Positions 46,918 through 55,663 of a stretch of DNA of 64,000 nucleotides are shown here, piece after piece (the stretch's first letter is position 1; each line of letters opens with the position of its first letter). Source of the DNA: an uncultured archaeon. GTDB taxonomy: Archaea; Micrarchaeota; Micrarchaeia; Micrarchaeales; CABMGC01. The stretch spans positions 352,001 to 416,000 of the forward strand of contig CAWBCT010000005.1 of NCBI GenBank assembly GCA_963787445.1, read 5' to 3'. The notes beneath the pieces are model-generated. The model worked only from the letters and a program-made list of their open reading frames with translations. It searched no databases and had not been told where the DNA came from. Position numbers and translations under genes: made by a program.

Positions 46918-48617
46918 GTTCTGTGTATTATTGCTGGTTTTCTAATCTTTTTCCAATATATGGGTGATATAATCACAAGTAGTATCGCAGCACCCAAAGG
47001 TATGAGATATTGGTCATTATTTTGAGGGAGTATCAAAGGGGGTGCAGGGGGATTAAAGTTGTTAGATAGAAGTGATAAGGTGGAGGTATTTGCGACAGTT
47101 AAGTATACGTAGCCATTATGGATAGTAGCATTGACATCTGAGGTGTGCTCTCCGGTATCACCAAAAGAGTAAACAGAGGGAAAGGCGGTTATCATTGACC
47201 TATTTAAATACCATAGGCCTAAACTTGCATTAAGAGCCGCGAAGTTTGTGGAAGAACCATTAGAGTTGCCGCCAAACACAAGCTCCGAATCGTAATAGTC
47301 CGTGTGCCCGCTCTTGTATAGGGGTGTTACCAAGATGCTTGAAGAATTTGCTGTAAGATTTAGTGTGACATTGTCATAGTAAGTTAATGGTTGGGTGTAA
47401 TTACCGTTCTTTATTACTTCAAAACCAAATCTTACAACAGGGTTGGTCTTATTTTCTATAGAAGTTACAAGTAAAAGGGATAGGGGGGTTGTGTAATAAG
47501 TTGCATTTAATTCATATCCGTAGTAATTGGTGTTCCCCCCATCTATCCCAAAAGAGCTGCCAGATCCGCTCAGGGTTTTATTTAGATCAACTGTTTGAGA
47601 GTAGAATGATGAGGTGTTCCATATTTCATCATCTATGAAAATTGATTGGTCTGAGGTATTGAACTCTGCTACATTTTGCAGCCAGTAAGATCTAATCCCC
47701 CCGTTTAACAATCTGATGTGGAGTTCGGCGTTCATTTGTAGGCTTGCGGGTTTTGGAGCTAGTGGGGACGTGTTGTTTTGACTAAAGATGTCAATGGTGG
47801 TTATATTTGCTAGCCCGTAAATAGTATTTGTATTTATGGTGTATGGAACAAGATTTCCTGAATAATTGAATAGACCATAACTTGCAACCCCTATTGCCTA
47901 GATGCCACTTTTCAAATCACGATATGGATTAGCCAATATTGGGGTGCTGTTAAGGTAGATTAGTGCCTCGCCATTAACCCCCGATATATTTAGAGTGTAG
48001 GTGCCAGGGTTAGCTTGTAAACCCCCGTATGTTTGGTTAGTTGAATGAGTTGATGAGCATGTAGCGTTTTGGTCAAAAATTTTGTAACATAGATTGGTTT
48101 CGTTGTTTATTTGTTTCCTGAAATAGGTCCAATAGGTTCTATCCTGTTTGATCAGTGAGACATTCGCCTGTGGATCGGTTAGCACCCACTCTAAAGTATT
48201 AATTAGACTGTAGTTTTTGAGGTCGAAGGAGAACTTTCCTGGTGTTTGTATTATTTCTCCTTTTGCCTTGGGCGATACATAAAGATAGAATGCTGAAGGG
48301 GATGTTTGGGAGTACATTACTGCTCCGTAGTTCCCTGCCGTCAAGTTAACAAGTATGATTTCTGGTCCGGATGTGTTTTTTTGGTATACTGAATTACAGA
48401 CATGGCAAGATTTGTTTTCTATTTCGTAGTAATTTGAGAGGTTGTAAATGGTGATTGTGGAGGGGGTTGGAGATATTGCGTCTATTATTAATGTTGTATT
48501 TGCTGCGTTGTAAAATGTTATGTTTGTATATCCGTAAGTCTGTGGCTGGATGAAAAGATTGTGAATGGGCAAAAGAAAAAGAAGGAGAAGGAACAGGTTC
48601 ATATTGTCAAACACCAT
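46914..48617 (-). pseudogene. Thermopsin-like (peptidase A5) surface protease interrupted by one in-frame TAG at 47898-47900
   Basis: Track ORFs 47898-48617 and 46914-47735 are in frame and joined by an open 54-codon stretch (AIGVASYG...ASLQMN); WLQNV and DSELVFGG motifs; signal peptide and C-terminal TM. Confidence 0.75.
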
Positions 48618-48632
48618 TCATAAATATGTTAA

Positions 48633-48724
48633 TGGACTCCGCGGGATTTTCCTGCGCGAAGCGCAATTCGAACCCGCAACCTCCTGCATGCCATGCAGGC
48701 GCGCTACCGTTGCGCCAGGAGCCC
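48633..48724 (-). tRNA. tRNA-Ala(GGC) with a 20-nt intron in the T-loop (position about 59/60; 48647-48666)
   Basis: Acceptor GGGCTCC/GGAGTCCA with G3-U70; anticodon arm CCTGC-ATGGCAT-GCAGG; T arm GCGGG-TTCGAA[intron]T-CCCGC. Confidence 0.92.
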
Positions 48725-48738
48725 ATTAAGTGTGATGT

Positions 48739-48978
48739 TCAGACCGAGGCCGGGGAGATGAAAAGTATGTTCCCGCCCCTGAGGAGTATTACCCCGAGCT
48801 TCGTCTTTGTTGAGCCGCCCTCCTCAAGCTCTTCGGAGTTTTCTAGGACTATGTTCATGTGAACGTCAAACGACTGAACCTTCCCGCGTATGTCCGTCCC
48901 GTTCTTCAAGCGTATCAGTACCTGCTGCCCTATAGCCTTGTTCAAAAGGTCGAAAGGCCTCTCGTGATTCATAGCCAT
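48739..48978 (-). CDS. Sm-like archaeal protein (SmAP/Lsm)
   Basis: RPFDLL, IRGKVQSFDVHMNIVL and LLRGGNI. Confidence 0.95.
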   Translation of the reverse strand: MAMNHERPFDLLNKAIGQQVLIRLKNGTDIRGKVQSFDVHMNIVLENSEELEEGGSTKTKLGVILLRGGNILFISPASV

Positions 48979-49030
48979 TAATTCACCAACAAATGCTTTT
49001 TATTAGACGGATAAAGTCTATAAAGACAAC

Positions 49031-49588
49031 CTACACGTATTGGGCGTTTAGCGCAGCTATCAGCTGGGTCGTCCTGGTGGCCGTGCCCGGCAGGCTGTAG
49101 GTCATCCAGATGTAGCCGACGTAGGAGCCGGGCCCGCCGCTGACAAAGCTGGCCAGGCCGTTGGGCCCGTAGCAGTACAGCGAGAAGCTCTTCGAGGTCC
49201 CGGTGAACATCTTGACGCCTGTCCCTGGGGACTGGCCGGATGGGTAAAACTGGATGGCGTTTGTGGTCTGGACGTTGCCGTATCTGGGGAGTTCCTGCGT
49301 GGTTGTCGTGTTTATGCTGGACGAGCAGGCTATCCCGTAGACGTTTATGTCGCCTCCGGTGGCCTGGACTATGGAGATGTTCATGAGCCCGTTGAAGAAG
49401 AGGAACATGGGGCCGCAGGAGAAGCCCGAGGAGGTGACGCACTGTTGCGAGAAGCCCTGGTGCGTCGAGGTGCTGATGGAGTAGATGACGACCAAAGCCA
49501 CCGCTATGATGATTATGAATATGCCGTAGGAAACCATGAAGTCGAGTGCTGCCTGCGCCTTTCGGGAGTTGTTGCGGTTCCGATTCAA
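49031..49588 (-). CDS. Pilin-like protein with class III signal peptide
   Basis: RKA|QAALDFMVSYGIFIIIIAVALVVIY followed by C-x7-C; TTG start abutting the rps2 stop. Confidence 0.8.
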   Translation of the reverse strand: MNRNRNNSRKAQAALDFMVSYGIFIIIIAVALVVIYSISTSTHQGFSQQCVTSSGFSCGPMFLFFNGLMNISIVQATGGDINVYGIACSSSINTTTTQELPRYGNVQTTNAIQFYPSGQSPGTGVKMFTGTSKSFSLYCYGPNGLASFVSGGPGSYVGYIWMTYSLPGTATRTTQLIAALNAQYV

Positions 49589-50197
49589 CTACTTCGCCTT
49601 TGCTTCCGCTTCGAAATCGGAAAGCTTGTAATTAAACTCTTCATTGGACTTTATTATGCCTTTCTCTTTGAGGAACTCGCGCGCCAGGATGAAGTAGATG
49701 AGCGAAAGAGAGCGCCTTCCCTTGTTGTTGCACGGTATCACAAGGTCGACGAACTTCATCCAGTTGTCCGTGTCGCAGAGCGCGATTATCGGGATGTTCG
49801 TCTTGCTTGCCTCCTTTACCGCCTGCCGCTCGTTGCGGTTGTCGCTGATGAGTATGATCTCGGGCTCGATGAAGTCCTCCCGGTTCGGGTTGGTGAAGAT
49901 GCCGGGCATCACCCGGCCCGTGATCAGCTTTGCCTTGGTTATCTCCGCAAACTTTGTTGCGGCTGTTATCGAATATATACGGGATGCGGTTACGACTATC
50001 TGCGACGGGTCGTATTTGGCGAGCATCTGCGCTGCAAGCTTGAGGCGGGCATCTATCGTCTCAAGATCAAGTGTGTACAGCCCGTCCTCGCGCACCTTTT
50101 CGATGAATCTCTTCATTCCCTGGGTCTTCACTTTCGTGCCCAGGTGTATGCCTACCTCTTTGTACAACAGTTGGTCTACCAGCATTTTATCAGTCAT
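49589..50197 (-). CDS. rps2: 30S ribosomal protein uS2
   Basis: GIHLGTK, GRVMPGIFTNP, IALCDTD and IPCNNKGRRSL. Confidence 0.96.
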   Translation of the reverse strand: MTDKMLVDQLLYKEVGIHLGTKVKTQGMKRFIEKVREDGLYTLDLETIDARLKLAAQMLAKYDPSQIVVTASRIYSITAATKFAEITKAKLITGRVMPGIFTNPNREDFIEPEIILISDNRNERQAVKEASKTNIPIIALCDTDNWMKFVDLVIPCNNKGRRSLSLIYFILAREFLKEKGIIKSNEEFNYKLSDFEAEAKAK

Positions 50198-50207
50198 GTG
50201 AACACCG

Positions 50208-50408
50208 TCATTTCCTGCTGTAATTTATGATGTCGTCAATCAGGTCAACGTGCCCGATGAGCATGCGCCTGCAGCAGTACCTCTTCACGCCGAGCTCTTC
50301 CAGGACCTTCTTGGAGTCCTCCTTGCCCTTGTTGACGCGCTTGTCGTACTCCTCCCACTTGTCGGCAACTACCTGTCCGCATGAGAAGCATCGAATTGGT
50401 ATCATCAT
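50208..50408 (-). CDS. rpoN: RNA polymerase subunit N (Rpo10)
   Basis: [10 protein letters not shown] and RYCCRRM. Confidence 0.97.
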   Translation of the reverse strand: MMIPIRCFSCGQVVADKWEEYDKRVNKGKEDSKKVLEELGVKRYCCRRMLIGHVDLIDDIINYSRK

Positions 50409-50412
50409 AAAA

Positions 50413-50970
50413 TCATCTATAGGAGGTCTGGAACCTTGCACGTGCCTTGGTGCCCAGGAACTTCTTGGGCTCTACGCGCCTGACATCGTCCACGAGCATG
50501 CTGCGGTCGTAGTCCATGTACATCTTCCTCAGGGACTCGTCTCCTGAAGAGGCTACTATTACCTTGGCAACCGCATTGCGGGCTGCCTGCGCCTGCCCGC
50601 TTATCCCTCCGCCATGGACGTCAACGATTATCTTCGATCCCGACATCAGGTTTCTGGCCGTCTTTGAAATGCGTATCGGTTCGAGTATGAGCTCGCTGAT
50701 CTCCCTGGGCTTCAGGATGGTCGCGTTTATGCCGTTCACCACTACCTCACCTGCCCCGGAAACAAGCCTCGCCCTGGCGATTGCCTCCTTGCGCTTGCCC
50801 TTCTGCATCTGGACGTTCTTTCTTGCTGCGCGCTTCGGCTTGGCCGCCTTGCTGACCGCTTTCTTTGCCTGCATCCCCTTTGCGGTTTGTGGGAGACCTG
50901 CGTTAAACTCGTTTAGGGCGTTGTCCAGGTCCTTTACTCCGCGTGGTGCGCTTGGTTTTGTTTCGGCCAT
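50413..50970 (-). CDS. rps9: 30S ribosomal protein uS9 with N-terminal extension
   Basis: [18 protein letters not shown] and RRVEPKKF...[10 protein letters not shown]. Confidence 0.96.
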   Translation of the reverse strand: MAETKPSAPRGVKDLDNALNEFNAGLPQTAKGMQAKKAVSKAAKPKRAARKNVQMQKGKRKEAIARARLVSGAGEVVVNGINATILKPREISELILEPIRISKTARNLMSGSKIIVDVHGGGISGQAQAARNAVAKVIVASSGDESLRKMYMDYDRSMLVDDVRRVEPKKFLGTKARARFQTSYR

Positions 50971-50971
50971 T

Positions 50972-51403
50972 TTATCCCGTGTAACCTAGCTTTGCAACTA
51001 GTTGCTTTATGGTGAATATCTTCTCGTATACCTCGTTCGCGTTCTTGAGGTGCGTAGGATCCTTTGCAGGCACCTTGATGCCCTCCGGGACGCCCATGTA
51101 GACCCTGATCCTCTTGTAGGCCGTCTTGCCCCTTGGCTGCCGGTAGGGGAGCATGCCGCGCACGATTCTCTTCACGAACATGTCGGGCCTTCTTGAGATG
51201 TAGGGTGAGTGCTCCGGGTTTGCCTTGTCCTTCAGCTCTACCTTGTTCTTGTACTTGGCGACTATGTCCTTCAGGTGGCCGCTCATGTAGATCTTCTCCG
51301 CGTTGACTATGATCACGTCGTCTCCGTTGAGCGCCTGCTTTGCGGCAAAGCTCGAGACCCTTCCGAGAATCTTCCCTTCGCCGTTTATTACATGTTCTGC
51401 CAT
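50972..51403 (-). CDS. rpl13: 50S ribosomal protein uL13
   Basis: ILGRVSSFAAK, VNAEK and KRIVRGMLP. Confidence 0.96.
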   Translation of the reverse strand: MAEHVINGEGKILGRVSSFAAKQALNGDDVIIVNAEKIYMSGHLKDIVAKYKNKVELKDKANPEHSPYISRRPDMFVKRIVRGMLPYRQPRGKTAYKRIRVYMGVPEGIKVPAKDPTHLKNANEVYEKIFTIKQLVAKLGYTG

Positions 51404-51411
51404 GATGACCA

Positions 51412-51762
51412 CTACACAATCAGCCTTACGCCGTCCTTCTTAAGCATCTCTTCCAATGAAACCACCTGGCAGCCAGCAGCCTTCAGCTGGTGGGTCGCCG
51501 ATGTGGAGTACTCTATCGCCGCAACGGTGAACTTCTTGCCGAGAACCCCTGTTGCCAAGATCTTTCCGGGCACTATTATGTTTTCTGAGTCGCTCGCATA
51601 CTTGTTGAGCCTGCCCAGTGTTATCGAGACTCGCTCCTTGCGGGGCTTTGAGACGAACTTCAGCGCAGCTACGGAGAGTCCCGCGTTCTTAGAGTCCTTC
51701 TTGACTGCTGAGAGCGCTGCTACCCATTTCTGCGTGCTTGTCTTTTCAATTCCGTTCATCAT
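51412..51762 (-). CDS. rpl18e: 50S ribosomal protein eL18
   Basis: IVPGKILATG, VAA..S.SA...L..AG; conserved gene context. Confidence 0.93.
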   Translation of the reverse strand: MMNGIEKTSTQKWVAALSAVKKDSKNAGLSVAALKFVSKPRKERVSITLGRLNKYASDSENIIVPGKILATGVLGKKFTVAAIEYSTSATHQLKAAGCQVVSLEEMLKKDGVRLIV

Positions 51763-51778
51763 TATACACCGTTATATT

Positions 51779-51864
51779 TGCGGGGGGTGAGATTCGAACT
51801 CACGCAAACACAAAGTTACAGGAACCTCAATCCTGCGCATTTGGCCAAGCTCTGCCACCCCCGC
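51779..51864 (-). tRNA. tRNA-Leu(GAG)
   Basis: GCGGGGG acceptor, CAGGA-TTGAGGT-TCCTG anticodon arm, long variable arm, GTGAG-TTCGAAT-CTCAC. Confidence 0.95.
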
Positions 51865-51868
51865 ACAC

Positions 51869-52438
51869 CTACTTCTTGAGCTCTTTGTGTATCTCTTTGA
51901 CGTTAGCTGTTATTATATCTAACGCCCTTGAGAAGATCTCCGGGGCTGGGATCTGGCCAAAAGCCTCTACATAAAACTCAAACTCCGTGCCGCTCTCGTT
52001 CGCGCTGTAGCTGGCGAGGCAGGTGGAGAACTTTGTGCTTCTTGTGCCGACCCCCAGGACCGCCTTTGCGTCTACCTTGAGGTTCTGTCCTTGTGCAAGC
52101 TTCATTATTGGGATATTTGGATTTGCCACTTCGACGTCTCCGGAGCTCTTCATGTCCTTGGAGTAGACGGTCTTTGGCCCTTCCTCTGAAAGCGAGAATA
52201 GCACTTCCTCCTTCTCGTTGAACTTCTTCGGCGTCTTCAGGGGAATGAGGCCAAGCCTATGCGCTATGTACTCGTCGAACATGGCGCTCGTGTTGTCGTA
52301 AAACGTTACATTCTCGATGGCAAAGGAGGGGATGCTGTTCATCATCACCCTGCGCAGGGAGTTCGCTATGTTGAAGGAGGCTCCGCTGAACTTTACTCGC
52401 ATTGCGAGGGGTGTGCTCTCTAAGACCGTTAGCTTCAT
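51869..52438 (-). CDS. rpoD: RNA polymerase subunit D (Rpo3), short form
   Basis: ANSLRRVMM..IPSFAIE, DEYIAHRLGLIPL, VYSKD and FYVEAFGQ. Confidence 0.94.
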   Translation of the reverse strand: MKLTVLESTPLAMRVKFSGASFNIANSLRRVMMNSIPSFAIENVTFYDNTSAMFDEYIAHRLGLIPLKTPKKFNEKEEVLFSLSEEGPKTVYSKDMKSSGDVEVANPNIPIMKLAQGQNLKVDAKAVLGVGTRSTKFSTCLASYSANESGTEFEFYVEAFGQIPAPEIFSRALDIITANVKEIHKELKK

Positions 52439-52614
52439 GGAACCAGCCAAAAATAGGATTTTAGCGTTGTTAATATGCACGAAAATCTATTTAAACCTAT
52501 AGATTTAGTGGACACAGGGAACCGATTGCCCGGTGTCGAGCTAAACTTCCGATACTGCATAATTTGGTATAAGCTTTTTAAATACTTCAGTATAGTATAT
52601 CCGTAGGCGATTAC

Positions 52615-52896
52615 ATGAAGATCTCAGAAATCTATAGGATGGATATCTACAGCGACGACGGACAGTACGTAGGAGACGTTCAGGACGTTATAGTCGATCT
52701 CGAGAAGGGAGAGATAAGCAGGCTGCTTATGACCCCCTGGAAGAATGCGAAGAGCGACGCAAGCACGATTCTCAAGAAGAAGAGCATACTCTACAAGAGC
52801 GTAAAGAACATTGGAGACGTAGTCTTGGTGGGAGGCGCAAGCACCACGAGAGAGGAGTCTGCAAGCAGGGAAGAGCTAAACGACTTGGCGAGATAG
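52615..52896 (+). CDS. PRC-barrel domain protein (CdpB-like)
   Basis: IYSDDGQYVGDVQDVIVD and Y..V..IGDVVLV. Confidence 0.85.
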   Translation: MKISEIYRMDIYSDDGQYVGDVQDVIVDLEKGEISRLLMTPWKNAKSDASTILKKKSILYKSVKNIGDVVLVGGASTTREESASREELNDLAR

Positions 52897-52925
52897 TCTC
52901 TCCTTTTTTCTTTTTAAATTTCCTT

Positions 52926-53477
52926 TTATTTCTTCTCCCTAGTGAGAACCTTGGGTATTCTGACGCCCTTCTGGCCGTTGTACTTCCCGCTGTAGACCTT
53001 CGAGACGGCGCTCATGGTCGAGGCGAAGATGATGTGCGAGAAGCGCACCCCTGGCGTCAGAGCGATCGCGTGGGACGTTGAGTTGAACACCTCGAGCGTT
53101 ATGTTGCCCTCGAAGCCGGCATCGATGATGGTGGGAGGCAACAGTAGGCCATGGCGCGCCCAGGTGCTTCGCAGTTCAACGAAGCCCATTACGTTGTTTG
53201 GCATCTTAATGTACTCTTCGGTTGACATCAACACCTGCTCATGCGCATTTACTATCAACCTCTCGGCATTCTTCTCTATCGTGTACTCCTTTTCCACGTG
53301 CTCCTGGTTGTAGGGGTCCAATATGAAGTCCTTGCCCATTTTGGGGTTGTGGCGCGCGAGCTCGTCCGCAAGGCGGAGGTCGACACCGTTCTCGCGGATC
53401 AGGTCCTGGTTGAAGGGCTCTATCTGGAGGCGCTTGGCGCGTATCATATTTTCCAGGTCAAAATCAGAGAGTATCAT
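52926..53477 (-). CDS. dcd: dCTP deaminase
   Basis: MILSD, GVDLRL, RSTWARHGL and IDAGFEGNITLE. Confidence 0.93.
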   Translation of the reverse strand: MILSDFDLENMIRAKRLQIEPFNQDLIRENGVDLRLADELARHNPKMGKDFILDPYNQEHVEKEYTIEKNAERLIVNAHEQVLMSTEEYIKMPNNVMGFVELRSTWARHGLLLPPTIIDAGFEGNITLEVFNSTSHAIALTPGVRFSHIIFASTMSAVSKVYSGKYNGQKGVRIPKVLTREKK

Positions 53478-54112
53478 TCGTTCACCAGTATCTCCATTAC
53501 GGCGCTAATCCCCTTAAGGATCTCTTCTGTTATCTCCTGCGGTTTCCTGCGGGCGTTGATCTTGACCCACTTGTCCGCTCCGTAGCTCTCATTGTAGAGC
53601 TTGTCGTAGAACACTTTGATTTTCTCCTGAAACGCTATATCCCTTTCGTTCCTGTCCGCAGAAAGCTGTTTCTGCTTTTTCTTCCTTTTGGATGCCTCCT
53701 TGGGGGAGATGTCGAAGTAAAACACGAGCGTTGGCCGCGGCAGTTCCATCACGTCCCGCGCTATCATCTTTATCTTCTCGTGGTCGAAGCCGCGCGAGGA
53801 CTGGTAGGCGATGGTAGAGAAACAGTACCTGTCCAGGAATACCACTTTGCCTTCTGCGAGGTCGTGCTCCAGCCGCGTCTTGTCGGCAGCCATGTCAAGG
53901 AGGAATAGGCATACCTCATCCAAAGGCGTGAGTTCTATCTTGCCTGCAAGGAACTGCTCCCGGATGATCTTGCCGTAGAACTGGTCGTGGGTAGGGTAGG
54001 AATACACGCTTGTCTTTATCCCTTCCTCATTAAGGCGCTTCGAGATGAGGGGTATCTGGGTGGACTTGCCGGAACCGTCGACCCCTTCCAAGCATACCAG
54101 AATGCCTTCCAT
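53474..54112 (-). CDS. tmk: Thymidylate kinase
   Basis: EGVDGSGKSTQ and DRYCFSTIAYQ. Confidence 0.95.
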   Translation of the reverse strand: MEGILVCLEGVDGSGKSTQIPLISKRLNEEGIKTSVYSYPTHDQFYGKIIREQFLAGKIELTPLDEVCLFLLDMAADKTRLEHDLAEGKVVFLDRYCFSTIAYQSSRGFDHEKIKMIARDVMELPRPTLVFYFDISPKEASKRKKKQKQLSADRNERDIAFQEKIKVFYDKLYNESYGADKWVKINARRKPQEITEEILKGISAVMEILVNE

Positions 54113-54176
54113 GCCTCCACGCTTATAGATTGCTGTAACAATATTTATATTACTGAATAACGCCATATAAGAATGC

Positions 54177-54251
54177 GCTCCTATCGTCTAGTTCGGCCAA
54201 GGACGCGGGGCTTTCAATCCCGCAACCCGGGTTCAAATCCCGGTGGGAGCA
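54177..54251 (+). tRNA. tRNA-Glu(TTC)
   Basis: GCTCCTA/TGGGAGCA acceptor, loop CTTTCAA, CCGGG-TTCAAAT-CCCGG; TTTATA about 28 nt upstream. Confidence 0.95.
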
Positions 54252-54382
54252 ATCTTCTTGTAGCACCCCACACAGATGTGATATTTAGTTACCTTGTTTT
54301 CTTTTGTGGGCGGTGAAAAAAGTAGCGCTCCAAACCTTGTGAGCTCCTTGCCGCACAGGTCACAGAGCGGTTTTATAGCCAT
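54233..54382 (-). CDS. Small zinc-finger protein (49 aa)
   Basis: MAIKPLCDLCGKELTRFGALLFSPPTKENKVTKYHICVGCYKKIAPTGI; two CxxC motifs; not in the ORF track. Confidence 0.75.
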   Translation of the reverse strand: MAIKPLCDLCGKELTRFGALLFSPPTKENKVTKYHICVGCYKKIAPTGI

Positions 54383-54390
54383 ATTAGCAT

Positions 54391-54765
54391 CTATCCGAAT
54401 ATTGCGCCGAGTCCCTGCTCGCTGCTCTCTCTTTCTCCTTCAACTAGGCTTATGACCTTTGTCTCGGTCTCCGGATCTGCGCGGGCTACGCTCTTTAGAG
54501 AGGCTTTCAGCTTCTTGTCCGCGCCAGCCAGGAACTCGTCGCTTGCGCTTAGGTATAGATAGTACTTGCTCCTGTCCAGGCCTACTGAGATTCCGTCCTT
54601 TATGCTGTAGTCCTGCCTTGTGAATATTACGTTTGCCTGGGGGTCGTCCTTCAGAGCCGCCAGCTGGACATCGGTGAGGTTTTTGTCAAGATACGGGTCG
54701 TACTCCATGAGCTTCTTCAGGTCGTTTGCCTCAGAGGCATCGCAGGTGTAGACACGCGAGGTAAT
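54391..54765 (-). CDS. Conserved-looking hypothetical protein (start ATT 54765, or ATG 54708)
   Basis: Frame stays open 19 codons upstream of the track ATG, to an ATT behind GGTG-N5; C-terminal GLGAIFG. Confidence 0.75.
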   Translation of the reverse strand: MTSRVYTCDASEANDLKKLMEYDPYLDKNLTDVQLAALKDDPQANVIFTRQDYSIKDGISVGLDRSKYYLYLSASDEFLAGADKKLKASLKSVARADPETETKVISLVEGERESSEQGLGAIFG

Positions 54766-54769
54766 GCAA

Positions 54770-55165
54770 TCACCCTAGAAGGCGAGCGTTGATGCTGCCT
54801 TCCCTTCCGGGCCTGTTGGTTATGACCGCCTTTCCCTCATCGGTGTCGATCACCGTGCCCTTGGTCATGATCTTCAGACGCGCAAAGTTGCGGTTGTCCT
54901 TGGATTCTAGGATTGCCTTGATCTTTACCTTCTTGTAGGCCTTCCCCACAAGCAGGTTGGCAAATGCGGCGTACTTCAGCCTGTTCTTTACGAGGGCCCC
55001 GCGTCCGCGCCCCTTGTTTATCTTGTTTGCCTCGCCAAGCCTGGTGTTGGCGAAGTTTCCTCCCATCTCAAATCTCTTCTTGTCCCTGCTCTTCTTCTTT
55101 AGTTTGCCGTTACCGTAAGACTTTCTATTCGACTTGCCGTGAAGCTGCGATCCAAATTGGCTCAT
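54770..55165 (-). CDS. rps8e: 30S ribosomal protein eS8
   Basis: RDKKRFEMG, TKGTVIDT..GKAVITNRPGREG.INA. Confidence 0.96.
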   Translation of the reverse strand: MSQFGSQLHGKSNRKSYGNGKLKKKSRDKKRFEMGGNFANTRLGEANKINKGRGRGALVKNRLKYAAFANLLVGKAYKKVKIKAILESKDNRNFARLKIMTKGTVIDTDEGKAVITNRPGREGSINARLLG

Positions 55166-55228
55166 GCTGACACTCTCCTAAGTATTCTTATAGTATATGT
55201 TAGATAAGGATTATAATCGTTGTGGAGC

Positions 55229-55663
55229 ATGGACTTTCCCAAGACCAAACCGTATGCCTGCCTGGTACGCTCTGAAAGGGGTAAGGAGGAGCTATTGCAT
55301 ACGGCCAATGACCTATCAAAGGGCTCTACGTTCGTGCTTATCCTCAAGAATGACACAGCCGTTGCAAAACGCCTTTTCCCCGCCTTTGTATCCTCTTTTG
55401 TCAGGTACGGGGAGCGTGGGATGCGCTCCGGCAGCCTTCAGAAGGAGATTATGCTCTTTGTTGCTGGAACCATGAACATAGGCAGCGCGATAAAATCGGT
55501 GGGCGTCGTGTCCGGCGATGATTTCTTGGTATTTGCGAGCGATAGGAAGTTGTGTTCCGCTTTTCTGGAAAAAATAGATGGTAAAAAAATTAAGGACGTG
55601 GGTCTGACTCTAGACAAGCTGATTGCTTCGGAAGTGGCAACGGCCGGGATAAAGGAGAGTTAA
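55229..55663 (+). CDS. cgi121: KEOPS subunit Cgi121-like protein
   Basis: SLQKEIMLFVAGTMNIGSAIKSVG resembles the Cgi121 core (SL..E.LL...G..QI..A....G). Confidence 0.65.
   Translation: MDFPKTKPYACLVRSERGKEELLHTANDLSKGSTFVLILKNDTAVAKRLFPAFVSSFVRYGERGMRSGSLQKEIMLFVAGTMNIGSAIKSVGVVSGDDFLVFASDRKLCSAFLEKIDGKKIKDVGLTLDKLIASEVATAGIKES

Noticed and set aside
47898..47900. Genome-wide TAG reassignment
   Set aside because: TAG terminates clear full-length genes here (trpS, mcm, rps2, cysD, rpl41e), so it is a normal stop
46900..48640. Integrated element at tRNA-Ala
   Set aside because: No integrase and no duplicated tRNA 3' end found; only a single AT-rich gene
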